A stretch of 64,000 bases of DNA, taken from assembly GCA_964230645.1 (NCBI GenBank), contig CAXRHT010000003.1, positions 96,001 through 160,000 on the forward strand. The letters run 5' to 3'. Within the stretch, counting starts at the first letter, position 1, and each line of letters begins with the position of its first letter. The DNA comes from Bdellovibrionales bacterium (lineage in GTDB: Bacteria; Bdellovibrionota; Bdellovibrionia; Bdellovibrionales; JAGQZY01). Positions 1-11,388 of the stretch are shown piece after piece. The translations under genes were made by a program, and so were the position numbers. Below the pieces are notes generated by a model. That model saw nothing but the letters and a program-made list of their open reading frames with translations. It made no database searches and was not told where the DNA came from.

Positions 1-78
1 AAATATAAGTAAATTCGAGGTTTTCTCGGCATCACAAAGTCGACAAATAAAATAAGTCTGAGAGTTAGAAATAAGAAA

Positions 79-115
79 GCCAAACCAAATTTTATTACCT
101 AAAACTCGGTTTGGC
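79..115 (-). terminator. Probable intrinsic terminator downstream of the atp (F1) operon
   Basis: The minus strand reads GCCAAACCGAGTTTTA-GGTAA-TAAAATTTGGTTTGGC, a 16-bp stem whose G.U pairs work only in this orientation, followed by TTTCTTATTT. Confidence 0.65.
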
Positions 116-321
116 CTAAAGTTGTACATCACAGGATGTCGCTGACCACTAAAGTCTTTATGTCGTGCTTTCAAAATCAATGAAGATTCTGAATTGATGT
201 CTTTCTACAAAAATGAATATGACTTAATTGCTTGTTTTGAGCAATGGAACAACCCTCTTAGGAAAGGATTTCAAAAGAGGGTATGGAAACAGCACAAAGA
301 ACTTTTAAAAAATTAGGACTC

Positions 322-728
322 TTAATATTTCTCTGCGACTTCTATTCTGGCTTCAGCACGTTTTCTTTTGTGCTGGTATTTTTCGATGGTTTCTGGAGTG
401 GCCTCATCTGATTCAATGGATTTCTCAGCGTCTTGGAGTGATTTTTTAGCACGCTCTAAATCTATTTCAGTTTTGGCTTCCGCTGTTTCTGCAAGGATAT
501 TAACCCCCTGGGGAGTCACTTCAACATAACCCCAAGAAATTGCGACAGCTTTTAACTCCGATTGATCTTTTAGGCGATATTTTAGTACCCCTTCTGTCAA
601 AGTACTCACGAGTGGAGCATGACCAGGAAGGATATCTAATTCACCTCGGTAAGCAGGAACGAAAACCTCTTCCATTTCCTGCTTCTCGATGATCTTTTTT
701 TCTGGTGTTACAATACTTAATTCAAACA

Positions 729-729
<1 letters not shown>
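322..729 (-). CDS. atpC: ATP synthase F1 epsilon subunit
   Basis: Motifs IVTPE and GELDILPGHAPL, C-terminal helical hairpin, directly follows atpD. Confidence 0.97.
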
Positions 730-2132
<1,403 letters not shown>

Positions 2133-2146
2133 TCAAGTTTCTCCTT

Positions 2147-3031
2147 TTAACCGTTTAGTGCTTCAGCACCAGTTGTAATTTCAATAAGTTCTTTTGTAAT
2201 CGATGCTTGTCTTAGTTTGTTGTATGTTGTCGTCAATGAGTTGATCAAATCACCGGCGTTGTTCGTGGAGTTCTCCATAGCAGTCATACGTGCTCCATGT
2301 TCAGAAGCAACGCTTTCAGACATACAACGATAAATTTGTACTGCGAAATGCTTTTCTAATAATTCATCAATAATTTCAGATGGACTAGGTTCGAAGATCA
2401 GATCTTTTGCGAATCTTTGTTCGTCTTGTTCATCAAAACTATTAGCTCCAGAAGCATCAACAGGGAGAAGTTTTTCAGCCACCACTTCTTGAGAGATCGC
2501 TGATTTAAATTCATTGTAAACGATCTGGATTTCTTCGTATTCTCCCTTTTTAAAAAGGGAGATAACCTGTTTAGCTACCTGAGCGGCTAACTCGTAAGAA
2601 ATGTCTTTATCTAGACCTGTTATACTATCGATAGGTTTAACATCTCGGCGCTTAAAGTAATCCAAAACACGTCGACCAATAAAGATGAAATCAAGCTTTT
2701 CATACTGACTTGACTTTTCTTTCATCAGATTTTCTGCAAATTTGTTAACCCCAGAATTGAAAGAGCCACAGAGACCGCGATCAGAGGCTATAACCACATA
2801 TAGCGCTGTCTTCGGGTTGTCGTTCTTTTCTAAAAGTTTGTGTTTAACTTTTTGTGTCTCGGAAATATCCGCAATCAAAGTTAATAAACTTTTTGCGTAA
2901 GGCCTTAAATTTACAATATTCTGTTGCGCTCGACGAAGCTTAGCCGCTGATACAAGCTTCAATGCGCTTGTAATCTTTTGGGTATTTTTAGTACTGTCGA
3001 TTCGACTACGAATATCTTTTAAATTTGGCAT
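2147..3031 (-). CDS. atpG: ATP synthase F1 gamma subunit
   Basis: KITSALKLVSAAK, DRGLCG and RQASITKELIEI motifs. Confidence 0.98.
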   Translation of the reverse strand: MPNLKDIRSRIDSTKNTQKITSALKLVSAAKLRRAQQNIVNLRPYAKSLLTLIADISETQKVKHKLLEKNDNPKTALYVVIASDRGLCGSFNSGVNKFAENLMKEKSSQYEKLDFIFIGRRVLDYFKRRDVKPIDSITGLDKDISYELAAQVAKQVISLFKKGEYEEIQIVYNEFKSAISQEVVAEKLLPVDASGANSFDEQDEQRFAKDLIFEPSPSEIIDELLEKHFAVQIYRCMSESVASEHGARMTAMENSTNNAGDLINSLTTTYNKLRQASITKELIEITTGAEALNG

Positions 3032-4558
3032 TTACTTTCCTGCTCCAGACTCAAATACCGCTTTAAATTCTTTGATCGCAGAATCAAGTTTCGATTTGAT
3101 TTCATCTGTTAGCTTTTTCTCTTTATTGATTCCATCGATGATGTCTTGATTCTTTTGTTTCAAAAATTGGATAAACTCTTTTTCGAAACGTTGCACATCA
3201 GAAACGGGAAGATCATCAACGGCTCCATTTGATGCCGCGTAAATTCCAACGATTTGTTCAGCCACTTCATAGGGAGAGTATTGTCCTTGTTTTAGAAGCT
3301 CAACCAGTCTCTCTCCACGTGCCAACTGTGCTTTTGAGGCAGGATCAAGATCCGAAGCAAAGGCGGCAAAGGCCTCTAGCTCCCTGTACTGTGCTAGAGC
3401 TAGTTTCAAAGTACCACCCACTTGTTTCATCGCCTTAATCTGAGCCGCACCACCCACACGAGAAACTGATTTACCAACATCAACCGCCGGACGAATTCCT
3501 TTATGGAAAAGATCGGCGATCAGGAATATCTGACCATCAGTGATCGAAATTACGTTCGTCGGGATATAGGCAGAAATATCTCCTGCCTGTGTCTCAATGA
3601 TTGGTAGGGCTGTTAGGGAACCGCCACCTTCTTCATCAGACATTTTTGCCGCACGCTCAAGCAAACGTGAGTGAACATAGAAAACATCTCCAGGGAAAGC
3701 CTCACGTCCTGGTGGTCTTCTAAGAAGAAGTGAGAGCTGACGATAGGCCTGAGCCTGTTTCGTCAAATCATCATAAATAATTAAGGCATGACGGCCACTG
3801 TCTCTAAAGTACTCGGCCATTGCTGTACCTGCATAAGGAGCAAGATACTGCATGGGAGCTGGAGCAGACGCTCCGGCTGCAATAATTGTCGTGTATTCAA
3901 GGGCTCCAGCCTCACGCAATTTTTCTACCACAAGAGCAATTGTTGATTGCTTCTGTCCGATTGCCACGTAAAAACACTGAACGTTTTTACCTTTTTGGTT
4001 AATGATCGTATCGATGGCGATGGCCGTTTTTCCTGTCTGTCTGTCACCAATAATCAACTCACGCTGTCCACGACCGATCGGAATCATTGAGTCGATGGCT
4101 TTAATACCAGTTTGTAGTGGCTCGTGAACGGGTTGTCTTGCAACAATTCCTGGAGCTTTAACGTCGATAACTCGTGTTTCTTTGCTTTCGATGGGGCCTT
4201 TCCCATCAACAGGGTTACCCAGTACATCGACAACTCGGCCAAGTAGGGATTCACCCACAGGAACCTCAACGATTGTTTGGGTTCTTTTTACAACGTCACC
4301 TTCTTTGATGTATTTATCTTCACCGAAAATAACCACACCAACTGAGTCTTGCTCAAGGTTTAGAACCATCCCAAAGATGTCTCCAGGAAACTCAACAAGT
4401 TCTCCCGCCATTGCCGATTGGAGACCATAGACTCGCGCCACACCATCTCCAACGGAGAGTACGGTACCAGTCTCTTTGACTTCTAGTTGTGTATTGTACT
4501 TTTCAATCTGTTCCTTAAGAATACGGCTTATTTCATCAGCTCGGATTTTAGTGGCCAT
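3032..4558 (-). CDS. atpA: ATP synthase F1 alpha subunit
   Basis: GDRQTGKT P-loop and [15 protein letters not shown] motif. Confidence 0.99.
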   Translation of the reverse strand: MATKIRADEISRILKEQIEKYNTQLEVKETGTVLSVGDGVARVYGLQSAMAGELVEFPGDIFGMVLNLEQDSVGVVIFGEDKYIKEGDVVKRTQTIVEVPVGESLLGRVVDVLGNPVDGKGPIESKETRVIDVKAPGIVARQPVHEPLQTGIKAIDSMIPIGRGQRELIIGDRQTGKTAIAIDTIINQKGKNVQCFYVAIGQKQSTIALVVEKLREAGALEYTTIIAAGASAPAPMQYLAPYAGTAMAEYFRDSGRHALIIYDDLTKQAQAYRQLSLLLRRPPGREAFPGDVFYVHSRLLERAAKMSDEEGGGSLTALPIIETQAGDISAYIPTNVISITDGQIFLIADLFHKGIRPAVDVGKSVSRVGGAAQIKAMKQVGGTLKLALAQYRELEAFAAFASDLDPASKAQLARGERLVELLKQGQYSPYEVAEQIVGIYAASNGAVDDLPVSDVQRFEKEFIQFLKQKNQDIIDGINKEKKLTDEIKSKLDSAIKEFKAVFESGAGK

Positions 4559-5098
4559 TTACTGTACTCTCCTCGTTATAAAATCATTTAATTTTTGCAT
4601 ATGGGATTTAACACTGTCTTCAAAGATATAGCTTCCAACTTTCGCCTCAATTCCACCAATCATGTTGGCTTCAACGTTGAACTGTAGCTCGACCTTTTTT
4701 GATAATTTATTTTCAATAATCGATTGTATTCTTTCTTTCTCATCATCGTTAAGTTCCATTGCGGAACGAACGACTCCTCGCTCGATGCCCTGCTCATTGG
4801 CGACCTTTTCTTCAAGGCGAGCGACGATAAGTGGGAGGTCAGCAAGACGCCCGTTTTTAGAAAGTAGTTGGAAAAAAGTTTCTAACTCTTTTGTCATACC
4901 TTCAGAAAAGGCGTTCTTAATAATCGCTAACTTTTCATTATCATCTATGAGAGGTGCATTTAAGATTTCTAATATTTGTTTATTAGAGTTTAGAGACTCT
5001 TTTAGGGCAACGAGGGATTCCAGGTTTTGATCGATTTGATTTTTATCTTTCAAAACTTCAAAAAGAGCTGTCGAATATCTATCTGCCAATTGAGACAT
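4559..5098 (-). CDS. atpH: ATP synthase F1 delta subunit
   Basis: ADRYSTALF start, IGGIEAKVG near the C-terminus, operon position. Confidence 0.95.
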   Translation of the reverse strand: MSQLADRYSTALFEVLKDKNQIDQNLESLVALKESLNSNKQILEILNAPLIDDNEKLAIIKNAFSEGMTKELETFFQLLSKNGRLADLPLIVARLEEKVANEQGIERGVVRSAMELNDDEKERIQSIIENKLSKKVELQFNVEANMIGGIEAKVGSYIFEDSVKSHMQKLNDFITRRVQ

Positions 5099-5101
5099 AA
5101 C

Positions 5102-5662
5102 TTAGTGGGCTCCTTTTACATTTTGCACGAAATGACTATTCCAAGCCTTCTGCTGTTCTGGTGTCATCTTGGATTCAATATCTTTTTCAGCAATTTCAGC
5201 CGATTTTTCATAGACTTCTAAACGAAGCTTTTCGATTTCTCTTTGAGCTTCAAATTCTAATGAAGTCTGGGTAAGGTTTTTCATTCGCATTGCTTCGTTT
5301 TTAGCTTCTGCCAACTGAGTGCGATAGGACTCCTCAGCATTTTTCTTAGCTTCTTCAACTTGCTGGTCAAAGCTGGTCTCAAGTTTATCAACTCGAGCTT
5401 TTACCTCTTGAAGCTGGCTTTGAGCTTCTTTTTTGGAATTCGAGGCTGCTTCAACCTGATTGACAAATTCCGCTCTCTTATCCGCAAAATATTGGGATAT
5501 TTTTTTTCGTTGGGTAAAAAATAGAATAAGAATCAGAATAGTGAAGTTTGCAATTTGGGAAATGATCATGCCCCATGGGAGATGTATAATTCCGTGGGCC
5601 CCCTCTTCGGCAGCGAAGGCGTGAAAACTAAAGAATAAAATTAAAAACATAATCAAACGCAT
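5102..5662 (-). CDS. atpF: ATP synthase F0 subunit b, with signal-peptide-like N-terminus
   Basis: QIANFTILILIL transmembrane segment followed by a coiled coil; upstream of atpH. Confidence 0.9.
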   Translation of the reverse strand: MRLIMFLILFFSFHAFAAEEGAHGIIHLPWGMIISQIANFTILILILFFTQRKKISQYFADKRAEFVNQVEAASNSKKEAQSQLQEVKARVDKLETSFDQQVEEAKKNAEESYRTQLAEAKNEAMRMKNLTQTSLEFEAQREIEKLRLEVYEKSAEIAEKDIESKMTPEQQKAWNSHFVQNVKGAH

Positions 5663-5675
5663 ATTGGGATCACTT

Positions 5676-6122
5676 TCACATTTTTACGAATTTAGATTGG
5701 ATATCTTTACTTATTTCCGGGATATGATCTTCGAGGTTTTTACGAGCTTCAGTGACCGAAGTCTCTAATTCTTTCCGGGCTTTTTCCGTTTCTTTCTCAG
5801 CTTCTTTCATTGCCTCTTTGATTATTTCTTCACTTTCTTTTTTTGCTTTTGAATTCTGTTCGCCAAATATTTCACTAATTTTTGAATTTAGTTTTTTAGC
5901 TTTTTCTGAATAAAGTTCCTCTTGCTTCTTAGCTTCCGCCGTGAGGTCTTCAGCCTCTTGCTGACTTCCGACTGTGCGACTCTGTCGTTCTTCGTAGGCT
6001 TTTAAATAAGGATTAAACACTATGAATTTCATACAGATAAAGGCAACAAAGAATATCCCAAATTGGATATAGACAGTGCTATTTATGCCAAGGGAACTCA
6101 AAATCTCAATGACTTGACTCAT
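5676..6122 (-). CDS. atpF2: ATP synthase F0 subunit b' (second b-type subunit)
   Basis: N-terminal TM segment (IQFGIFFVAFICMKFIVFNP), ERQ motif, coiled coil; first gene of the operon. Confidence 0.88.
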   Translation of the reverse strand: MSQVIEILSSLGINSTVYIQFGIFFVAFICMKFIVFNPYLKAYEERQSRTVGSQQEAEDLTAEAKKQEELYSEKAKKLNSKISEIFGEQNSKAKKESEEIIKEAMKEAEKETEKARKELETSVTEARKNLEDHIPEISKDIQSKFVKM

Positions 6123-6260
6123 ACATACAACCGTTCTTTGGAAAATTTAGTATGATTTAAGCCCCTTAGTACGATGGGTCAAGTCTTTTACGATATTTGA
6201 TTTAGCCTTGAGGCGGATTTCCGAACTCTTTATTTGTCCCAGGTGAGTCTCTCTCATAAA

Positions 6261-6285
6261 GGAGGTCTTGAGAATTGAGACCCCC
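6261..6285 (-). terminator. Possible terminator after parB
   Basis: The minus strand reads GGGGGTCT-CAATTCTCA-AGACCTCC then TTT, just downstream of the parB stop. Confidence 0.45.
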
Positions 6286-6296
6286 GAACAATTATA

Positions 6297-7322
6297 CTAA
6301 TGGTCTAACCAAGCATCTTTAATTCTCTCACAAATACTGGAGAGTTCTTCGTCATTATAAAATGAGATTTGAACTTGGCCTTTCCCTTTTTTGTACTTCA
6401 TTTTTACTTTAGTACCCATAACCTTTTGAAGTTCATCTGAGAGTTTATGGGCCATTTTTTCGCGAACCGATAGCTCTGAAGGGGCAGAAACACTAGGATT
6501 TTGAATTCTTTTTATTTCTTGCTCTAAAGCTCTGACGGAAAGTTTCTTCTGAACACATTTTCTACCGAGTTTTACCTGAAGTTTGTGGTCCTCTAGGCCC
6601 AGAAGGACTTTCGCGTGACCTAAACTTAAGAGACCTTGGCGAATCATCTGTTTAACATCCCGCGGCAAAGCTAGAATTCGTAAAGCATTTGTTATCGAAC
6701 TCCGGCTTCTACCCACCTTCTTAGCCAAATCCTGTTGGGAGAGACTGTATTCATCAATTAAAAACTGATAACCCATTGCTTCTTCGACTGGGTTAAGGTC
6801 CTCACGTTGCAAATTCTCAATCAACGCCAATTCCATGGACCTTTGATCATCCACATCTTTAATGACAGCCGGTATACCGTGAAGCCCTGCCATCTGACAG
6901 GCGCGCCAACGGCGCTCACCAGCGATGATCTCATATTTGTCTTTCAGCTTTCGAACCGTGATGGGTTGCAATACACCTTGCTCTTTTATGGACTGGGAAA
7001 GCTCTTCTAGAGGCTCTTTGTCAAAGTCCTTTCTTGGTTGGGTTTGATTAGGAATGACCTTTTCAATAGGAAGATTCCATATTCTACCGGAGGGGTCTTG
7101 ATTAGTCTGGGGCTCTGGGACGGGCGCTTTTTGACTTTGAGTGTGAGTTTTAGTTTCTTCTTGTTTTTTAGGCTCTTTTTCTGGTGACTCTTCCTTAGCC
7201 ACTTGCTTATTTTGAGTATTCTCCTCACCAAAATCATTCACATCTGTGGAGAGAAGGCTACCCAAACCTCGACCAAGGCGCTTTTTTTGGATATTCGCTT
7301 TTGACTTATCAGTATTGGGCAT
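6297..7322 (-). CDS. parB: Chromosome partitioning protein ParB/Spo0J
   Basis: LGRGLGSLL ParA-activating peptide, GERRWRA box, ENLQREDL and an HTH. Confidence 0.97.
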   Translation of the reverse strand: MPNTDKSKANIQKKRLGRGLGSLLSTDVNDFGEENTQNKQVAKEESPEKEPKKQEETKTHTQSQKAPVPEPQTNQDPSGRIWNLPIEKVIPNQTQPRKDFDKEPLEELSQSIKEQGVLQPITVRKLKDKYEIIAGERRWRACQMAGLHGIPAVIKDVDDQRSMELALIENLQREDLNPVEEAMGYQFLIDEYSLSQQDLAKKVGRSRSSITNALRILALPRDVKQMIRQGLLSLGHAKVLLGLEDHKLQVKLGRKCVQKKLSVRALEQEIKRIQNPSVSAPSELSVREKMAHKLSDELQKVMGTKVKMKYKKGKGQVQISFYNDEELSSICERIKDAWLDH

Positions 7323-8133
7323 CTTGCCCTCCTTGGGTACTCATTTGCTCAGGCACGACTTGATTATCCTGATTCCTGTTAACAATTTCTTTAGCTAAAT
7401 CCATATATTTACGAGAACCTACAGACTTTTTGTCGTATTCAAAAATGGGTAGCCCGTGACTAGGCGCCTCACTAAGCCTGACATTGCGCGGTATAATCGA
7501 CTCGAAAACCTTGTCGTTGAAGTGACTACGTATCTCTCCAACCACCTGGTGGGAAAGATTATTACGACTATCGAACATGGTCAGTAAGATACCCTCGATT
7601 TTAAGACTCGGATTTAAGCTCTTTTTCACTAAGCCAGCCGTATTGAGGAGTTGGCTGAGCCCCTCTAGCGCATAATACTCACACTGTAGAGGTACAAGGA
7701 AGGAGTTTGCGCTTGTTAAGGCGTTTAGAGTGAGCAATCCCAAGGAGGGAGGGCAGTCTATAAAAATATAGTCAAATTGATCATTCACTTGTTCAAAAGC
7801 TTCTTTTAATCGAAACTCTCGTCGATGCTCATTTACTAGCTCAATTTCAGCACCTACAAGGTCAGCATTGGCCGGAATTATCGATAGATTCTCGAATTGT
7901 GTTTTATAAACGGTTTCTTTGATTGTTTTTTCAGCAATTAAGAGGTGATAAACGTTGGCTTCTTGATATTCATGCCTTTTTAGCCCTAATCCGCTGGATG
8001 CATTGCCCTGAGGATCCAGGTCAACGATGAGTACTCGCTTACCCAGACTAGCCAACGCGGCTGAAATGTTAACAGAGGATGTGGTCTTACCAACTCCTCC
8101 CTTTTGATTGACTACGCATATAGTTTTAGCCAT
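7309..8133 (-). CDS. parA: Chromosome partitioning ATPase ParA/Soj
   Basis: Deviant Walker A KGGVGKTT, plus DPQGNAS, DCPPSLG and LSEAPSHG. Confidence 0.97.
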   Translation of the reverse strand: MAKTICVVNQKGGVGKTTSSVNISAALASLGKRVLIVDLDPQGNASSGLGLKRHEYQEANVYHLLIAEKTIKETVYKTQFENLSIIPANADLVGAEIELVNEHRREFRLKEAFEQVNDQFDYIFIDCPPSLGLLTLNALTSANSFLVPLQCEYYALEGLSQLLNTAGLVKKSLNPSLKIEGILLTMFDSRNNLSHQVVGEIRSHFNDKVFESIIPRNVRLSEAPSHGLPIFEYDKKSVGSRKYMDLAKEIVNRNQDNQVVPEQMSTQGGQDAQY

Positions 8134-8169
8134 GGAACCACCTTTTTTTAAAAAATAACTCTCGAACTA

Positions 8170-8197
8170 TAAACATTTCAAGTAAAAATGCCGATGT
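8170..8197 (+). promoter_or_regulatory. Putative sigma28 (FliA/SigD-type) promoter of the 8210 gene
   Basis: TAAA (8170-8173), 16-nt spacer, GCCGATGT (8190-8197). The same spacing recurs at two other sites in the window. Confidence 0.5.
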
Positions 8198-8210
8198 TCT
8201 ACGTGGAACA
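8195..8210. promoter_or_regulatory. parS site 1 (one mismatch)
   Basis: TGTTCTACGTGGAACA versus the parS palindrome TGTTCCACGTGGAACA; about 60 bp upstream of the parA start. Confidence 0.85.
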
Positions 8211-8662
8211 TGTTACTTTTTTTACGAAACCCTCTTATTTTACTTCTCTGCATCTTTTTATTCGGCTGCGAGTCTAAAAAATCTTACGATATAGATAGCG
8301 ATAAGGTTGTGGCGGATCTATCAACGAGGATAAACAGTCTTCAAGAAGATCTCAATACTCTTAATAAAGAGCTCGACGAAGTAAAAGTTGTTCTCAATGA
8401 CAAGGATATTGATTCGATTTTAAGAAAGAATATCCGGAAAGAGATTCATGAGGGGAAAAAATACAAGAAACTGATTCAACAGCACATTGATTATCTAAAA
8501 ATTCGGAGGAAGAAGAGATATCAATCACTATTAGACCGAAGAAAGTCTCCAGACTTTATTGAGCAGGCAGAACAAGAAACCAAGGCCTATTTCATGAATA
8601 AAAAGTTGAAACCGTTAGAGCGCCCATGGAAAGACCGCTACAAAACGGCTATTGAACTTTAA
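8210..8662 (+). CDS. Hypothetical lipoprotein with coiled coil
   Basis: 150-aa ORF with a hydrophobic N-terminus, lipobox LFGC, heptad-like segment and basic C-terminal half; no family recognised. Confidence 0.75.
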   Translation: MLLFLRNPLILLLCIFLFGCESKKSYDIDSDKVVADLSTRINSLQEDLNTLNKELDEVKVVLNDKDIDSILRKNIRKEIHEGKKYKKLIQQHIDYLKIRRKKRYQSLLDRRKSPDFIEQAEQETKAYFMNKKLKPLERPWKDRYKTAIEL

Positions 8663-8681
8663 CCTCGTTGAATACTCACGA

Positions 8682-8697
8682 TGTTCCACGTGGAACA
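8682..8697. promoter_or_regulatory. parS site 2 (perfect palindrome)
   Basis: TGTTCCACGTGGAACA, next to parAB and about 8.6 kb from oriC. Confidence 0.93.
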
Positions 8698-8808
8698 TTT
8701 TCATTTGAGTACTCATTTTCCTCCGTATACTCAAAACGAAACCACACCAGTTAGGAATGCCGGAAAAAAAACTTCTGGCCCTAGAAATTAATTAATTGGC
8801 TATTATTA

Positions 8809-8845
8809 TTTTATGGGGATGTGGGAATGGGTGTCCCCCATAAAA
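8809..8845. terminator. Hairpin between convergent genes (possible terminator)
   Basis: Inverted repeat TTTTATGGGG ... CCCCATAAAA between the 8210 gene and rsmG. Confidence 0.4.
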
Positions 8846-8894
8846 GCTAGAGCCCCAAACATCTAATGAGTCCCTAGTCTCTCTGAATAGTCCT

Positions 8895-9530
8895 CTAGAT
8901 TCTTTTGCATTCAATTATGAAGCGCTCACCCTCACTATTGGGAAGAGAATAGTTTCCAAATAAATCCACTTCCCAGTATTCGAAAACCTGAGGGGGAGCA
9001 GAACTCAATTCCGTAGACCAGTAATCCCCTTTGAATAGGAAAGCTCTACCACCAGTAGGCATACGTTTTCGGGCTTCTAAAAGAAACTTTGGAATAGGGG
9101 CCATCGCTCGGCTAATAACTTGGCTGCAGGAATCATCGGCGAGCTGAGATAGATCTTTGTCGATAACTTCTACATTGGTAAGTTCTAGTTCATCAAAAGC
9201 AATTTTAAGAAATTCAGCTTTTCTGAGATCTCTTTCAACTAAATAAAAATCCAACTCTGGATACAAAATCGCTCCAACGATTCCTGGTAGACCATTACCT
9301 GAGCCAAAGTCAAACGCAGGAACATCTGAATTAAGCTCTTTACGAATTAACTCAAGGGCCTGCACACAGTCAGAGATATGCTTTGAGCCTAAGCGCGAAA
9401 TGGTATTTTTAGAGAGTAAATTAAGTTTCGAATTGTACTGCACGAGAAGCTTACAGTAGTCGGAAAGTTTCTCAACTTCAGCTTCAGATTGATCTGGCAA
9501 CAACTCGTCTAAGTTGCTGTAATCACTCAT
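8895..9530 (-). CDS. rsmG: 16S rRNA m7G527 methyltransferase
   Basis: NSKLNL, HISD, DFGSGNGLPGI and SRA motifs; follows mnmG. Confidence 0.95.
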   Translation of the reverse strand: MSDYSNLDELLPDQSEAEVEKLSDYCKLLVQYNSKLNLLSKNTISRLGSKHISDCVQALELIRKELNSDVPAFDFGSGNGLPGIVGAILYPELDFYLVERDLRKAEFLKIAFDELELTNVEVIDKDLSQLADDSCSQVISRAMAPIPKFLLEARKRMPTGGRAFLFKGDYWSTELSSAPPQVFEYWEVDLFGNYSLPNSEGERFIIECKRI

Positions 9531-11387
9531 TTATTGCCTCCTAGTAAACATTAGGATGGCTTGAATTGCAGAGGGGTTCACTCCACTTATTCTTTGCGCC
9601 TGGGCGATATTAACTGGCCTCACTTTAGATAATTTTTCCATTTCCTCTCTGGAAAGGCCTTTAATTTTTGTGTAGTCAATATGTGGATCTAGCTTCATAT
9701 TCTCCAAACGTTTTGTTTGCCTTATAAATTCGTTCTGCCGATCGATATATCCACTGTACTTAACCCGGATCTCGACAGGCTCTAGCACGGCTTTTTCTTT
9801 TGGAAGATTTTGATCAAAAACCTCCAGATCCTCTATCTTTACCTCAGAACGGCGGAGTAAGTCAGTAAGCAGTATCTGTTTATTAATGGGCTTGGTTCCC
9901 ATACTCTCTAATGTATTAAGACAGTCTTCTGTCGGACTAATTTTGAAGTCAGAAAGTTGTTTAAATAGTGTCTCTCTATTTTCTAAAAGGACCTCTGCTT
10001 TTACTATATGTTCGGGAACCAATAAACCGAAAGCTTTGGCTTTGAAGTGTAACCTCTCCAAATTATTATCTTCCCTCAAAACTAATCGATGCTCGGCTCT
10101 AGATGTAAACATTCGATAGGGCTCATTGGTCCCTTTTGTAACAAGATCATCAATTAAAACCCCAATATAAGCCTCATCCCTTTGGAGTATGAAACTTTCC
10201 TCTCCTAAAACCTTTGCAGCAGCGTTGGCACCGGCGACAAGGCCCTGCCCACCAGCTTCTTCATAGCCACTAGTTCCATTAATCTGACCCGCTAAAAATA
10301 AATTGCTCAGTCGCTTTGTTTCCAAACTATGATTGAGCTCGGTTGGAACAATAAAGTCATACTCGACCGCGTAACCTGGCCGAATCATTTCAACATTTTC
10401 TAACCCATCAATTGTTTTCAGGAACTCTATCTGAATGTCTTCGGGAAGACTTGTTGAAATTCCTTGTAAATATATGGTGTCGTTTTCTAGCCCTTCTTGT
10501 TCTAGAAAGGTTTGATGGGAGTTCTTTTCTTTAAACCTTGAGATCTTATCTTCAATACTGGGGCAGTACCGTGGTCCCAACCCAGAAATTTGCCCAGAAA
10601 ACATTGGGGACCGATTTATATTCTTGTTTATTATCTCATGAGTTTTTTCGTTGGTATTTGTAAGGAAACAAGCTATTTGGGGAAGCCTCAATTCATTTGG
10701 GCTTTTAAAACTGAACGGATGATATTCCTTATCTCCATATTGTGGGATTGTTTTTTCCCAGTTTATTGAGGATTTTTTTAACCTTGGGGGTGTTCCTGTT
10801 TTTAGCCGAAGAACTTCAAAGCCCGTTTCTAATAGCTGATCCGAGAGTCCCACTGTGGCCTTTTCTCCGACTCGGCCCCCTTCAATTCGCTTTTCACCGA
10901 TATGTAGAACTCCATTCATAAAAGTTCCAGTAGTGATTACAACAGTTTTAGAAGTGACTCGTGATCCATCTCCAAGAACCACTCCCAAAACCTGATCACC
11001 ATCAATGATTAGAGAGGTCACATCAGACTCAAGAATGTCCAAATAAGGAAGTGCCTTCAGAAAGTCCACCATCTCTTGGCAGTAAAGATCTTTATCGCAT
11101 TGAACTCTGGTTCCCCGAACGGCAGGTCCTTTTTTCGTATTTAGTTTTTTAAATTGAATAGTCACCTTGTCAGCGACCACACCCATAGCGCCACCAAGAG
11201 CATCTATTTCTTTAACGATATGGCCTTTACCTAGACCACCAATTGAGGGATTACAGCTCATAAACCCTGACTTTGAGACATCGGATGTAACTATAAGAGT
11301 TTTCACTCCTTTTCTTGAACAGGCAGCTGCCGCTTCAATTCCGGCATGGCCAGCTCCTACAATGATGGCATCGTACTGAAAGTCCAT
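9531..11387 (-). CDS. mnmG: tRNA uridine-5-carboxymethylaminomethyl modification enzyme MnmG (GidA)
   Basis: [26 protein letters not shown] and [12 protein letters not shown] motifs. Confidence 0.99.
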   Translation of the reverse strand: MDFQYDAIIVGAGHAGIEAAAACSRKGVKTLIVTSDVSKSGFMSCNPSIGGLGKGHIVKEIDALGGAMGVVADKVTIQFKKLNTKKGPAVRGTRVQCDKDLYCQEMVDFLKALPYLDILESDVTSLIIDGDQVLGVVLGDGSRVTSKTVVITTGTFMNGVLHIGEKRIEGGRVGEKATVGLSDQLLETGFEVLRLKTGTPPRLKKSSINWEKTIPQYGDKEYHPFSFKSPNELRLPQIACFLTNTNEKTHEIINKNINRSPMFSGQISGLGPRYCPSIEDKISRFKEKNSHQTFLEQEGLENDTIYLQGISTSLPEDIQIEFLKTIDGLENVEMIRPGYAVEYDFIVPTELNHSLETKRLSNLFLAGQINGTSGYEEAGGQGLVAGANAAAKVLGEESFILQRDEAYIGVLIDDLVTKGTNEPYRMFTSRAEHRLVLREDNNLERLHFKAKAFGLLVPEHIVKAEVLLENRETLFKQLSDFKISPTEDCLNTLESMGTKPINKQILLTDLLRRSEVKIEDLEVFDQNLPKEKAVLEPVEIRVKYSGYIDRQNEFIRQTKRLENMKLDPHIDYTKIKGLSREEMEKLSKVRPVNIAQAQRISGVNPSAIQAILMFTRRQ

Positions 11388-11388
11388 G

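Noticed and set aside
2..316. Protein-like plus-strand frame ending KQHKELLKN*
   Set aside because: It is interrupted by stops at 53, 59 and 143 and has no recognisable motif, so neither a gene nor a pseudogene can be supported.
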